Assembly (NCBI GenBank): GCA_951406725.2
Contig: OX597827.1
Location: 51,088,001-51,152,000, forward strand
Source: Octopus vulgaris
Lineage: Eukaryota
DNA length: 64,000 nt
Direction of reading: 5' to 3'
Shown here piece after piece: positions 52,740-64,000 of this stretch. Under the pieces are notes generated by a model, which made no database searches, had not been told where the DNA came from, and worked only from the letters and a program-made list of their open reading frames with translations. Positions within the stretch are counted from its first letter, which is position 1. Each line of letters begins with the position of its first letter. The position numbers and the translations under genes were made by a program.

Positions 52740-53008
52740 TGGAATCGTAGCAAAGTAGATGACAGGATACTGCTTGAAATTTCAATGTGTGAAATGTTAC
52801 TTGTGCTTGCAAGGATAGAAGATTTCATTCTGAGATTCGCCAACACTACACCTGATTTTCTCCCCTCCATACACACACAAGCATGTATCTGACTCATACA
52901 TTGTTCGCTTTCCAGACATTTGTACATTACTGCATATACTTTATACGCACTTTCTGACAAGTTGTGGTGCACCTGAGCACTGTATACAATAATTTCATTA
53001 TTATTATC
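52740..53008 (+). mobile_element. CR1-group LINE 3' end
   Basis: 3' motif GTGCACCTGAGCACTGTA plus (TTA)n tail, shared with the LINE at 62771-63408. Confidence 0.7.
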
Positions 53009-53374
53009 CCTAATATTTGAAACATTCACTTTTGAAGTTATAATGTTTAATCTTTCGGTAATGCAAAGCTCACATTTGCTGCCCCATCTCCTGTATTTGC
53101 TGGCCTCAGCTATAATGCTTCAAGTTATTTGGGAGTTGTTCACATACCTCTCTTTCAGTGTCCATACCATATTGGATAGGGATGTTGTGTGTTTTTTTTG
53201 TTTTTATCTCTGAATGAAGCCAAATGCTGTGTTTATCTCTCTTTGAAGGTGTTTTCCATCATTTCAGTATTTTGTTATTCAACTGAGATCCATGATGTTG
53301 GCCTTGTTCACTAGTTCCTTTTCCAGACACCTATTGTTCAGGAGACAGCTGTCCAGAGATCTACAATTACAGGA

Positions 53375-53920
53375 TCATCATCATCATCATTTAACGTCCA
53401 TGCTGGCTTGAGTTGGGCAGTTTGACTGGGTTGGCATGCTGGAAGGCTGCACAGACTCCAGTCTGATTTGGCATGGTTTTCTGTGGCTAGATGCCCTTCC
53501 TAACACCAACCACTCTGAGAGTATAATGGGTGCCTTTATGTGCCACAGGCATGGGTGTCATTTGCATGACACCAAGATGTTTTTACATGTCATTAGCATG
53601 GATACCAATTTGCATGACACCAGTATCTATCATGACTATGATTTTGCTTGGCTTGATGGGTCTTCTTCTCAAGCATGACATAATACCAAAGATCTCAGTC
53701 ATTGCCTCCGTGAGGTCCAACACTCGAAAGGAACTCAACCACTTTGCCTCCATGAGGCCTAACACTTGAAAGGAACTCATCCACTTCGCCTCTGTGAGGC
53801 CCATCACTCGAAAGGTGTTCTTTATGTGCCACCAGCACAGGTGCACTTGGCTTGTTGGGTACTCTCAAGCACAACACATTGCCAAAGGTTTCAGTGACTA
53901 GTCATTGCCTCTGTGACGCT
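53375..53920 (-). mobile_element. RTE-tail repeat
   Basis: Same family, inverted. Confidence 0.75.
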
Positions 53921-53974
<54 letters not shown>

Positions 53975-54099
53975 CCGAAAAGAGAGAGAGAGAGATTTGT
54001 TATTTTTACTGTGGTTGAATATAATCAACCCTATATTGGGTAAGCAACTATAACTGACTTTAACTGTATTTCTATTGAAGATCTTGTGGTATTTATGTG

Positions 54100-54900
54100 A
54101 GTGTGGGAACTGTTATCTATGAGTTTTAGGAATTTTCTAGCTATGTTAGTGGCTATATTCTTACTATTTGGTGGTTGTACCATAAGATTTTCCTCTAACT
54201 ATGTCTTCTTTATCTATCTACATTTGGTTCAATATGATTTATGCTACTCTTGAAGCTGGACCTTTGTAATGCAGTGTTGTAGCGTGGGCAGCATTTTCAA
54301 AAGTAGTATTATTAGCAGGTAGGTTGGAAACATACCTACTTTAGGTAATTATTTTATGATTGATGGTGAGTGGTTGGAACCTATGTCAATGTGTAAGATA
54401 TTCTCCTTTGGTTTATGGTAGGTTTTAAATTGCCTGTACGAAGGGTCATGTTAATGTCTGGGAAATTATCTTCTTTAAGGTTAGTGTTAATTATAATTCT
54501 AAGATTCAGTCAGTTAAATATTTTGCATAATCTTTTCCTTATCTTATCCATATCATATCCATTTTTTTATGTACCACTCCAAGTTCGTTGTCCCTATATA
54601 GCCCTATATCAACTACTTTATCTCTATTTTAAGAACATCTAGAATAGAAAGGCCAACCAGATCTGCTATCTCAGCACCATCATACCTTCCCATTGTGACA
54701 TCAAATAGCTTGTTCCCATTCTTTTTCACCCAATAGGAATTATCATGAAAAAGTAATGACTTCTTTGCATTTGTTATATTTATATTGGTATAGGTTATGT
54801 TTACAAATGCTTTACAAAACTTTCTGAAGCAGATTTTAGGAGATAGAGGTGTAAAACTCCATGATGTCAAACTGAATGAATTTTCCCACAAGAACTTAGT
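54100..54900 (-). mobile_element. Penelope-like RT fragment
   Basis: FDVTMGRYDGAEIADLVG and GLYRDN (YxDD-derived) motifs. Confidence 0.8.
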
Positions 54901-55075
54901 TCATTTTGAAAACTCCACTAGAATGAACAAAAGCACTAATATATGATATATGACATATGATGTATAAAAACATGTAATATACAAATAAATATTTGTAAAT
55001 ATAAAACCATCCGAATTTCTGAGCACCTCATTTCTTCTAATATAAAATACCTGTACATCATCTCCAAACCTTCTA

Positions 55076-55131
<56 letters not shown>

Positions 55132-55189
55132 AGAGTGTGAAAGGTATTTGAGAAGTTATTTGTTAATTTGATAAAACAACTATAATCTA

Positions 55190-56180
55190 ACAAAAACCAA
55201 ATGTACTTTAATTAAAATTTGTAGACATGTTCTGAATAGTCTTTTCAACGAGATTATTCTATGAATCCACCTTCAGCTTTGATGACTAAATCAATGTGGA
55301 AGCAGAATTGTTGACATACCTGCATTAAATGGGCCTTATTCATTTTGAACAATACCTGGACAATGGCAGCCTTCAAGAGAGGCCAAGGTATTATGAGGAT
55401 GTCAATTAATCTCCCTTTCAACAATGCTTCAAACATAGAAGAAATTTAAATTAGGTGAGTTTGTAGGTCATGAATTTGGTGTTTCATGATTATAAAAATT
55501 GTCTGACAGCCATTCTTAGGTTACATGGGCTTTGTGCAATGGTGCTGAGTCTCATTGAAACACACATGGTTTTCCACAGCATATTTCATCCATCCAGGGC
55601 TTAACAACTATCTCCAGCACTTCAGCATCCTGTGGAAAGATGTGAAGTGGCATGATATGACCTGCATTGCTTACCATACCTAAAACCATTACAGTTACTA
55701 GAAATTTAGTGTGTATCACGCTTAGTGCTTCAGAAGGATCTGTACAAAACCATCTGTTATTTCTCCTCTTGAACTTTTGGTTTTGGTCAAAGTTTTTTCA
55801 CATCAGAGAAGAACCAAAGCATTCCATGTTCATGAGAATTTTTAACCTTGTTAAGCAACCACTAAGCATGGATCAGATGCTTTTCTTGTGTCTTTGTACG
55901 TATGAATTGGCCCCCTCCTCTGTACATACAACTTGCATTTAATGTCCTCATGCACCACAGTTCTCATAGTCCACTCCAACATCTGAAGTTCTTTGAAGTA
56001 GTTGAAATGTTCTTGCCAGAAGCTTCCAATTCTATCCGAACTTTGCAAACAAAAGATCTCATAACATTTAAAAACTTTGCAATTTCTAAATCACTGCATG
56101 TATTTTCATTTCTTATGTTAGTTTTTTTTTATCTCCTATAGGAGTTCTGAAAGAAATAAAAACTTTTTAATTGGTTTGAA
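55190..56180 (-). mobile_element. Decayed Tc1/mariner-superfamily transposon
   Basis: C-terminal ...IDLVIKAEGGFIE* and decayed DDD-region motifs. Confidence 0.7.
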
Positions 56181-56816
56181 GGGAGTTTATACTGATAATT
56201 AAATGTCCTCAAATACCCAACTTGGATTTGAGTTCAGATTCATTGCGTGGTTTATGGGTAAGTGTCTTCCAGTACAGCCTTGGATCAACCAAAGCCTTAT
56301 GAGTGGATTTGGATATATATATATGTGTGTGTAAAGGAATGTTATTGTTATACAGACAGTGTCCTTCATTTCCAAACATTTATGCAAATATGTTCAACTA
56401 TTGGGAAATATTACCTTACTTGGAAACAGATGAGGGTTGGCAACAAGGAGGGCATCCAGCTAAAGAAATATTTCCCCAATAAATTCTGTCCGATAAGCAA
56501 GGAAAAGTGGATGCTAAAGCAACTATGATGATGATGAGTGTGTAAGTAGGTTTGTGTCTGCTTTTTTAGTTGTTTAGACTTACTACAGCTACCATGTCAT
56601 CTTGATTTACTAATCACCTAATATGTTTTAAGGACCTTCATTTACAGTTTCTCTCCTCTTCTTTAAGAAACTTTGAGTTTAAACCAGATTGACTCTCTGC
56701 AATCTATGAACAGTGTAATTCTCAGAAACTACCAAACAACTATAAATACTCACCACTTAATGGGGCCAGTATTTCTCATAATTAGTTTGTGATTATCACT
56801 GAAGCACAAGTAAAGA

Positions 56817-57068
56817 TCATCATCTTCATCATCATCATCATTTAGCGTCCACTTTCCATGCTGGCATGGGTTGGACGGTTCAACTGGGGTCTGGGAAGCC
56901 AGAAGGCTGCACCAGGCCCAGTCTGATCTGGCAATGTTTCTACAGCTGGATGCCCTTCCTAACACCAACAACTCCGTGAGTGTAGTGGGTGCTTTTTACA
57001 TGCCACCGGCACAGGTGCCAGATGAGGCTGGCAACAGCCACGATCGGATGGTGCTTTTTACATGCCAC
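56817..57068 (-). mobile_element. RTE-tail repeat
   Basis: Same family, inverted. Confidence 0.85.
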
Positions 57069-57389
57069 TTCCTAAGGTCTACTTGTTCTTTTACAACTTA
57101 GAGATGAATTCTCTCATATAGGAAGGGGTTTGTTAAGGGATAATGGTTTCTTGGCCATGATTAATTGCAATTTGTAGGCTATGAATACATTCTGGAAGAT
57201 CTCAATTGGCTTCTTCAAAACTTTTTATCTGAACAACACATAAGGAAATTTATACATATATTTTTGTATATCTATATTCCCTATCTAAATTAAATGTCGT
57301 TTCAAGTGATGCCAAATGGTTCACCTTTCCATTTTTAATTTAATCTACATTTTTTTAATTGTGATCTTGAATCTCTTCAAGGAATCATT

Positions 57390-58110
57390 TTACCCAGACA
57401 GAAAACCAAATGAGCCCATAAATTATATCAACAAATTTTCAAACCATCTGGACAACACGAAAATAATTGGTTAAAAATATCCCATTAAGATTATCTATTA
57501 TATAGCAAACATTTAATTACAAGAGAGCATTGGCTCCTAATGGTTTTATGGAGAAGCTGTATCATATTAGCTATAAACATAGGATTAGAAGGAATAAATC
57601 TTCACGTATTATTTGGTATAATCCACCGTTTAATACAAAAATAGCAATATCTATAACTAAAATATTATTTTCTCTACTCAAGAAACATTTTCCAGCATAA
57701 CATAATAAGAGCAAAATCAGTAAACAGTATTAATAAAGATTTCTGATTCAGGAACAATACCAGCACTTTTCAAAGGAGAAGATTAGATGATACCATTGAC
57801 AAAAATACTTCTCTGGTACTTTACTTTATCGACCCTGAAAGGATGAAATGCAAAGTTGACATTGGAGACAATTAAATTCAGAACATAAAGAGCCAGGAGA
57901 AATACTGCAGGGCATTTATTCAAAAGCTCTAATAATCCTGCCATTTCACTGCCTTACCAAGTAGTAAGAACAGCACTAATCAGATTGACAGTTACTATAA
58001 TGCAAATTGTAATTTGCATTATAGCCACTGCCAATGTACTTATTGTAATATTTAGGTATGGTCTATAGATGCAGGGTTATAAGCCATATTTGTATCAAAA
58101 GGTATGCCTT
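57390..58110 (+). mobile_element. Penelope-like fragment (RT thumb/linker), interrupted by a SINE
   Basis: RKPNEPINYINKFSNH and IIWYNPPFN motifs. Confidence 0.7.
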
Positions 58111-58794
58111 CATTTATTGCCTATTGCCATCATCATCATTGTTTAACATCTGCTTTCTATGCTGGTATGAGTTGGACTGTTTGACTGAAGACTGGCAAGC
58201 CAGGAGGCTGCACCAGGCTCCAATCTGGTCTGGTAAGGTTTCTACAGCTGGATGCCCTTCCTAATGCCAACCACTCTGAGAGTTTAGTGGGTGCTTTTTA
58301 TGTACCACCAGCACGGGAGCCAGTAAGGCAGCATTGGCATCGACCACACTCAAACGATGCTTTTTACATGTTACTGGTATGGGAGCCAGTCAGGTGGAAC
58401 TGGCCCAATCTGTACCAATTGCCATGCCTGCACTATTGTCATGCCTGCATCTGTCAAAGCCCTATCTAACAATGTTAAAGTTTATGTATATGTATATGCA
58501 TGTTTATATATTTCTACTCAAGTTCTCTACTATAGAAATAGTTTAATTCCTGACTTCTTTATATAATAGCTAAATATTCTATGCTATCAATGGGAGAAAG
58601 AAATCAAGTGTATTTCCTCAGAGGGCACAGTCAACAAACTGTGAAACTGTCCATCAGGAGTTTTCTGCCTCTTTTTGTCATGTCTTGAAAGCATAGAAAA
58701 AAATGTGTTTACGTTCCTATAATTTTCTATAACAGCTAAGGCTTTCTAATTCAAACTCATTTCAGTTCTTTGGACTCAGACTGTTTTGTGCATA

Positions 58795-58833
<39 letters not shown>

Positions 58834-58891
58834 ATTAATTAACAATGAACCATCTAAAGCATAAATATGTAGACTAAGTTTTCCTCTATGC

Positions 58892-59185
58892 CAGTAGTTT
58901 CCAAACTTTTTGGGCTGCCGCCCTCTTGGCACACATACCTCATTTCTGGTGACCCTCTCCCTCCCCACCACAAATATAGACCACTTTCTGCAGCAAATTC
59001 AAAACAACTGTATTTCACAAATAAAACTTAAACCTAATTAAGCTATTAATATATATTTTTTTCCATCTATCACCCCATTTTGGCCACCCCATTATCATCC
59101 TACTTTTCTTCAACACCCACTGGATCTTTTCACTGCTTCCAGATGTGGGGGGGGGGGGCAATACCATCCACTTTGGGAACCACTG
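58892..59185. mobile_element. hAT (Charlie-like) MITE
   Basis: CAGTAGTTTCCAAA...TTTGGGAACCACTG termini; decayed 8-bp TSD CTCTATGC/CTGTAAGC. Confidence 0.8.
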
Positions 59186-59569
59186 CTGTAAGCTAATAGC
59201 TTAATTTGTAACAACTTTATATATAATTGCTGAATATTCAATGCTGTTTGTTGACCGAGAAAAAAAAAAATCTATATGCCTTCTCTGATGTACACTCGAG
59301 CATACTGCAAAATGACCTGCCAGAGGTCACTCACTTCTCTTTTCTTTCTGTTCATCAAAAGCATAGAAGGGATGTTTACATTCTTGTAACTACCAATCAC
59401 AGCAAAGTTTTTTTTATGGATATATATATATGGTTAACAAACCCACTTAGCAACCATATGATTTCAGGTTCAGTCCTACAGCACAGCATCTTTAGCAAGT
59501 GTCTCCTGGGATATCCAAAGACTTGTGGATGGATTTGGTAGAAGAAAACTGAAAGAAACATATACATAC

Positions 59570-59670
<101 letters not shown>

Positions 59671-59830
59671 TGAGAAAGTTGGTTTGTGAAAGCACGTGGT
59701 TGAATATATAGAAAATAGTAAAAAGTGAAAAAACTACAGAAGGCTTGTTTTAAAAGGTTAAAAAATATATATTTGAGTCAATATGTCTGAAGAATGTTAT
59801 AAATTTTTTTCTTACAATGACATAGTTTAG

Positions 59831-59870
59831 AAGAAATGGCCGGTTTCGCGTTCAGCTTTTCAAATTTCTT
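59831..59870 (-). ncRNA. Minimal hammerhead motif, U3-A8 core with C at 16.1
   Basis: AAGAAAT-TTGAAAA-GC-TGAAC-GC-GAAA-CCGG-CC-ATTTCTT; perfect 7-bp stem I. Confidence 0.65.
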
Positions 59871-59940
59871 ACATCGTTATGTTTACGTTGAGAAGAGCTA
59901 TCGTTATGTTTATGTTGAGAAGAGTTTTTATTTTAATTCT

Positions 59941-59986
<46 letters not shown>

Positions 59987-60029
59987 CATAGATAAACAGA
60001 CAGATAACTGAAATGGTTTGTGCTGGGGA

Positions 60030-61300
60030 GAAACACCACTAATGTTATTTTCATATTCAAACAATTACAAGTGAAGTATTTAATTAAAAATAAATCAGTG
60101 TACTTGGCATTTGTTGATCTGGAGAAAGCCTTCAACAGAGAACATTATTCTATGATATAGTAGTCTCTGAGGAAGCTATGGATAGATGAATAGCTTGTGA
60201 AAGCAGTAAAGGCCATGTACAGAGGTACTATTAGTAAGGTAAGAGTTAGCGATGAGTACAATGACAAAATTAGTGTACAGGTAGGTGCTCACCAAAGCTC
60301 ATTCCTCAGTTCCCAGCTCCCTCCCATTCATCATTGTCCTCCAAGCCATAAAAGGAATTTAAGACTGGAAGCCCATGGGAACTTCTATATGCTGATGATT
60401 TTGCTCTCATAGCAGAATCTGTAAGAGAACTAGAAAAGAAATTCTGAGTGTGGAATCAAAACCTGGAATTGAAGGGCCTTAAAGTTAACTTAACAAAGAC
60501 CAAAGCCATTGTAAGCAAGAAAACAGAGAGGACCATACTTCCTTCAAGTACATGGCCCTGATCAATATGTAGAAAAGGTGTAGGCAGGAATTGTATTCAG
60601 TGTACCCAGTGCAAGCTGTTGATACACAAAAAGCGCAGTAGAATATTAGAAAGTTTAACAGAGAAAGTAGTGTTTGTATGTGGAAGCAATACAGGTGCCA
60701 TAAAGTCTACAGATTCACAGGAAATCAAATTTCTCAAATGTCCCAAAGGCTCTCTAAAGGTAGTGGATAATTTCTGCTATCTAGGTGTCTTAATTAGTAA
60801 TGTAGGAGGATGTAACAAAAGTGTACTTGCTAGAATAAGAAGAGGATGGAGAAAGTTCAAATACCTTTTACCTCAATTGGCAACCAAAGGCCTCTCTCTC
60901 TCTCTCCAACTGAGAGGAAGATTGTATGATTCACGTATAGAAACAGTAAGGATATATAGTAATGATTTGGGCTCTGAATGCAGAGGATATGTGAAAACTA
61001 GAGAGAAATGGAGCAAGTACATGTGCAACAGAGTGCTAGTGTATTGAAATAAAAGTTAGGCATAAGTGTGCAAGAGAGAAGACTGCTCTGGTTTGGTAAT
61101 GTGATGCACTTGGATGAGGACAGTTGCATAAAGAAGTGCCGATCACTTACAGTGGATGGAACTTGTGGAAGTAGGAAACCCTGAAAGACATGGGATGAAG
61201 TATTGAAGGCGGATCTCAAAATGCTGAGCCTTATGAAGATGACAAAAGACCAAGATATCTGGCACCTTGTTGTACTCAAGAAGATCCATCTGCCACAACA
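60030..61300 (+). mobile_element. Decayed RTE LINE (RT region)
   Basis: YLAFVDLEKAF, LLYADD and VVDNFCYLG motifs; homologous to 28030-29300. Confidence 0.85.
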
Positions 61301-61449
61301 GAAATGATATCCTAAAACCACCTTGGTAAGGCTTGTCCATGAGGGGGTCTATCCCAGCCTCAATACCATTCCCTCTGCCCTGTCAATGTTTCTCCCGACA
61401 TTTCATCCCCTAACACCCATCACTTTTCTATCATCTGAGAGTTGCTTCC

Positions 61450-61780
61450 CAACCACACAGTTCCGGGTTCAGTTCCACAGCATGGCACTTTGGGTAAGTG
61501 ACTTTCACTTTAGCCTTGGGCCAACGAAAGTCCTATGAGTGGATTTGGTAGATGGAAAGTGAATGAAGCTCATCATATATGGGTGTGTGTGTGTGTGTGT
61601 ACATGTGTGTGTTTATGTCTATGATTGTCCCCCACCACCACTTGACAACTCGTGTTGGTGTGCTTATGTCAACATAACTTAGCAGTTCAGTAAAAGACAC
61701 CAATAAAAAAAAGTACCAGGTTTAAAAAGAAAAAGTACTGGTGCCAATTCATTCAACTAAAAATCCTTCAAGGCAAATGA
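61450..61780 (+). mobile_element. Decayed CORE-type SINE
   Basis: Family similarity. Confidence 0.7.
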
Positions 61781-61889
61781 ATAAACGATAACTGATGTGT
61801 GTATGTATTCACACACACACACACACATACTGAATGAGTTATGCTAGATTGGGCAGTAAATACATATGCTGGGAGATGGGATTAAGAAT

Positions 61890-62300
61890 TTAAAGAGAGA
61901 TAATGGTAGAAGGACTGAAATATGGTGAAATACAATAGTTTGTAATAGAAATCAATAGGGAGTTCCCAGTGGGAAAGATAGTATAAGTCTCAGTGATGCA
62001 TAAACAGCAGAAATCATGGGTACCTGAATAGGATTTTGCCCTGATAGTTGTTTTCCTATTTAATCTGTAATTAACATTCGTATCCTTAAGCTCCCAGATG
62101 TATTTGATAGAGACATGGCAGTGAAGCCTGAACAAGATTTGATGCTGATAGGGATGATTATGTTGACATAATCACCTAGACATTTACACATTAGGAAGCA
62201 TAGCGTCAGATGGCTGCAATTACCTTGGGATTAGTAGAGTGGTACTAGATCATTCTAAGGACAGGAGGGATGATTAACCCAAGGCAAAGTAAAACTGTAG
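61890..62300 (-). mobile_element. Penelope-like GIY-YIG C-terminal fragment
   Basis: KYIWELK...RAKSY...CCLCITE motif. Confidence 0.65.
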
Positions 62301-62460
62301 ATTATGAGAGACAAATGATTAAATTTGCTCATTGATAGAAGTTAAAGAAAAGTTATTGGTAAATAACTTCTTTGTCAAAAATTATATAATTGAAATGTTC
62401 AGTAACATCAAAGTGATAGATTTATTTCATTTTTCTTACATTTCTTATGTCCTTTAGGAA

Positions 62461-62652
62461 GGCAAAAACATAGTATTCGGCGTTCTTTCGTTTGTAGTGG
62501 CACGTTTCCGTCGATGATTTCCGTAAAAAACTTATATTTTTTTACATATGGACTTGGGGGAACATTTGAAGTAATGAGAGCGAAAGAGACTAAGAGGAAG
62601 CGATTTTATGACGAGGGAATTTCTTTTGAAGTTACCGAAGCATTGATGTACA

Positions 62653-62683
<31 letters not shown>

Positions 62684-62766
62684 ATGTGTTTGATGGGGTG
62701 TGGGAGACAGACAGTATGTTGTGTAAGTGAAGTGCTTCTGTTAGTGTGTGTGAAGAGACAGAGAGA

Positions 62767-62819
<53 letters not shown>

Positions 62820-64000
62820 TGTGTACAGTGCTCAGGTGCACTACAACTCATCTAAAGTGTATATATAATCAGGTGTAGTTTCGGCGGATTTCGGAAAGCA
62901 TGAGGGCCTTAAAGGATGCAGTGTCATGGCAGTCAACAACTGACGCAGGCAGTTTATTCCATACTTCAGCAACTCTGAGCGTGAAAAAATGTTTCCGAAA
63001 GTCATGGGAGCTGTGTTGTTTTCTGACTTTGTAGGCATGTCCACATGTGTTAGACACATGGAGATCAAAAAGGTGTTCAGTGTTGTTGTTGGTGAGGTGG
63101 TTGATAACTTTGTGGGTGTTTACCAAGTCCGTCGCCAGACGCCGGAGCTTCAGTGAATCCATGCCCAGGGAAACAAGGCGCTCAGAATATGGTAGGTGTC
63201 TGATGGAGGGTATGCGTTTGGTTGCACGTCTCTGGACAGATTCCAGGAGGTCAATGTTCTGAGCAAGATAGGGGTTCCAAACTGATGATGCGAATTCCAA
63301 GTGTGGTCGTACCATAGCTGTATACAGTTTTAAATAGATGGCTGGAGAGCGGCTAACAAAAGTCTTGCTGAGTGATGCCAAGACACCCTCGGCCTTCTTG
63401 ACAATTTTGTGTGAAAGAGAGAGATAACTGAAATTTTTTACTCGGTGTATGTGTATATGTATGTATGCATGTATGTGTGTGTGTGTATGTATCTATGTAT
63501 GTGTGTGTGTATGTATGTGTGTATGTATCTATGTATGTGTGTGTGTATGTATGTATGTATGGCCGATTCAGTGTAATTTTTTACTCGGTGTATGTGTATA
63601 TGTATGTCTGCCTGTATGTGTGTGTGAGTATGTATCTATGTATGTGTGTGTGTGTAAGTATGTGTGTGTGTATATGTGTATGTATGGCCGATTCAGTGTA
63701 CACTGAATCGGCCATACATACACACACACACACATACATTCAGACATACATATACACATACACCGAGTAAATAATTACACTGAATCGGCCATACATACAT
63801 ACACACACATACATAGATACATACACACATACATACACACACACATACATAGATACATACACACACACACACATACATGCATACATACATATACACATAC
63901 ACTGAGTAAAAAATTTCAGTTATCTCTCTCTTTCACACATTACTCTCTCTGTCTCTTCACACACACTAACAGAAGCACTTCACTTACACAACATACTGTC
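62461..64000. mobile_element. Large fold-back element centred near 63700, running off the window
   Basis: GGCCGATTCAGTGTACACTGAATCGGCC axis; 63930-64000 is the reverse complement of 62710-62770 plus 63409-63421; left boundary is a guess. Confidence 0.75.
62771..63408 (-). mobile_element. 5'-truncated CR1-group LINE with intact ORF2 C-terminus
   Basis: LYTAMVRPHLEFASSVWNPY...LESVQRRATK...FFTLRVAEVWNKLP; (TTA)n tail. Confidence 0.92.

Noticed and set aside
56142-56170. Plus-strand acceptor with short in-phase ORF (GVLKEIKTF*)
   Set aside because: Lies within the 5' end of a minus-strand Tc1/mariner remnant; no support as a host exon.
59786-59845. Plus-strand CTGAAGA followed by a stem
   Set aside because: GAAA does not follow the stem directly, so hammerhead geometry fails.

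Overview
AT-rich, microsatellite- and transposon-dense animal DNA. The SINE/LINE families resemble those of Octopus (coleoid cephalopod); this is inferred, not proven. The one obvious gene is a minus-strand C2H2 zinc-finger gene (single coding exon, 13218-15893, 891 aa) with two finger clusters, a His-rich tail and probable non-coding 5' exons reaching ~38.2-38.5 kb. A repeat-free stretch at ~36.6-39.1 kb looks like a bidirectional promoter. It also appears to drive a spliced plus-strand gene that the ORF track does not assemble: coding exons 39124-39297 and 43600-43744 splice in frame and give an RRM-like N-terminus. The rest is nested RTE, CR1, Penelope, Gypsy, Tc1/mariner, pogo, hAT, piggyBac and Helitron debris. 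The most interesting unexplained structure is a set of minimal type-I hammerhead ribozyme motifs with palindromic stem III (Penelope pLTR type). They include two U3-A8 covariant cores and one A15.1-C16.1 variant. All copies I found are antisense to the inferred local transcript, and their strand flips at the putative promoter. Repeat boundaries are approximate unless a TSD or TIR is quoted.
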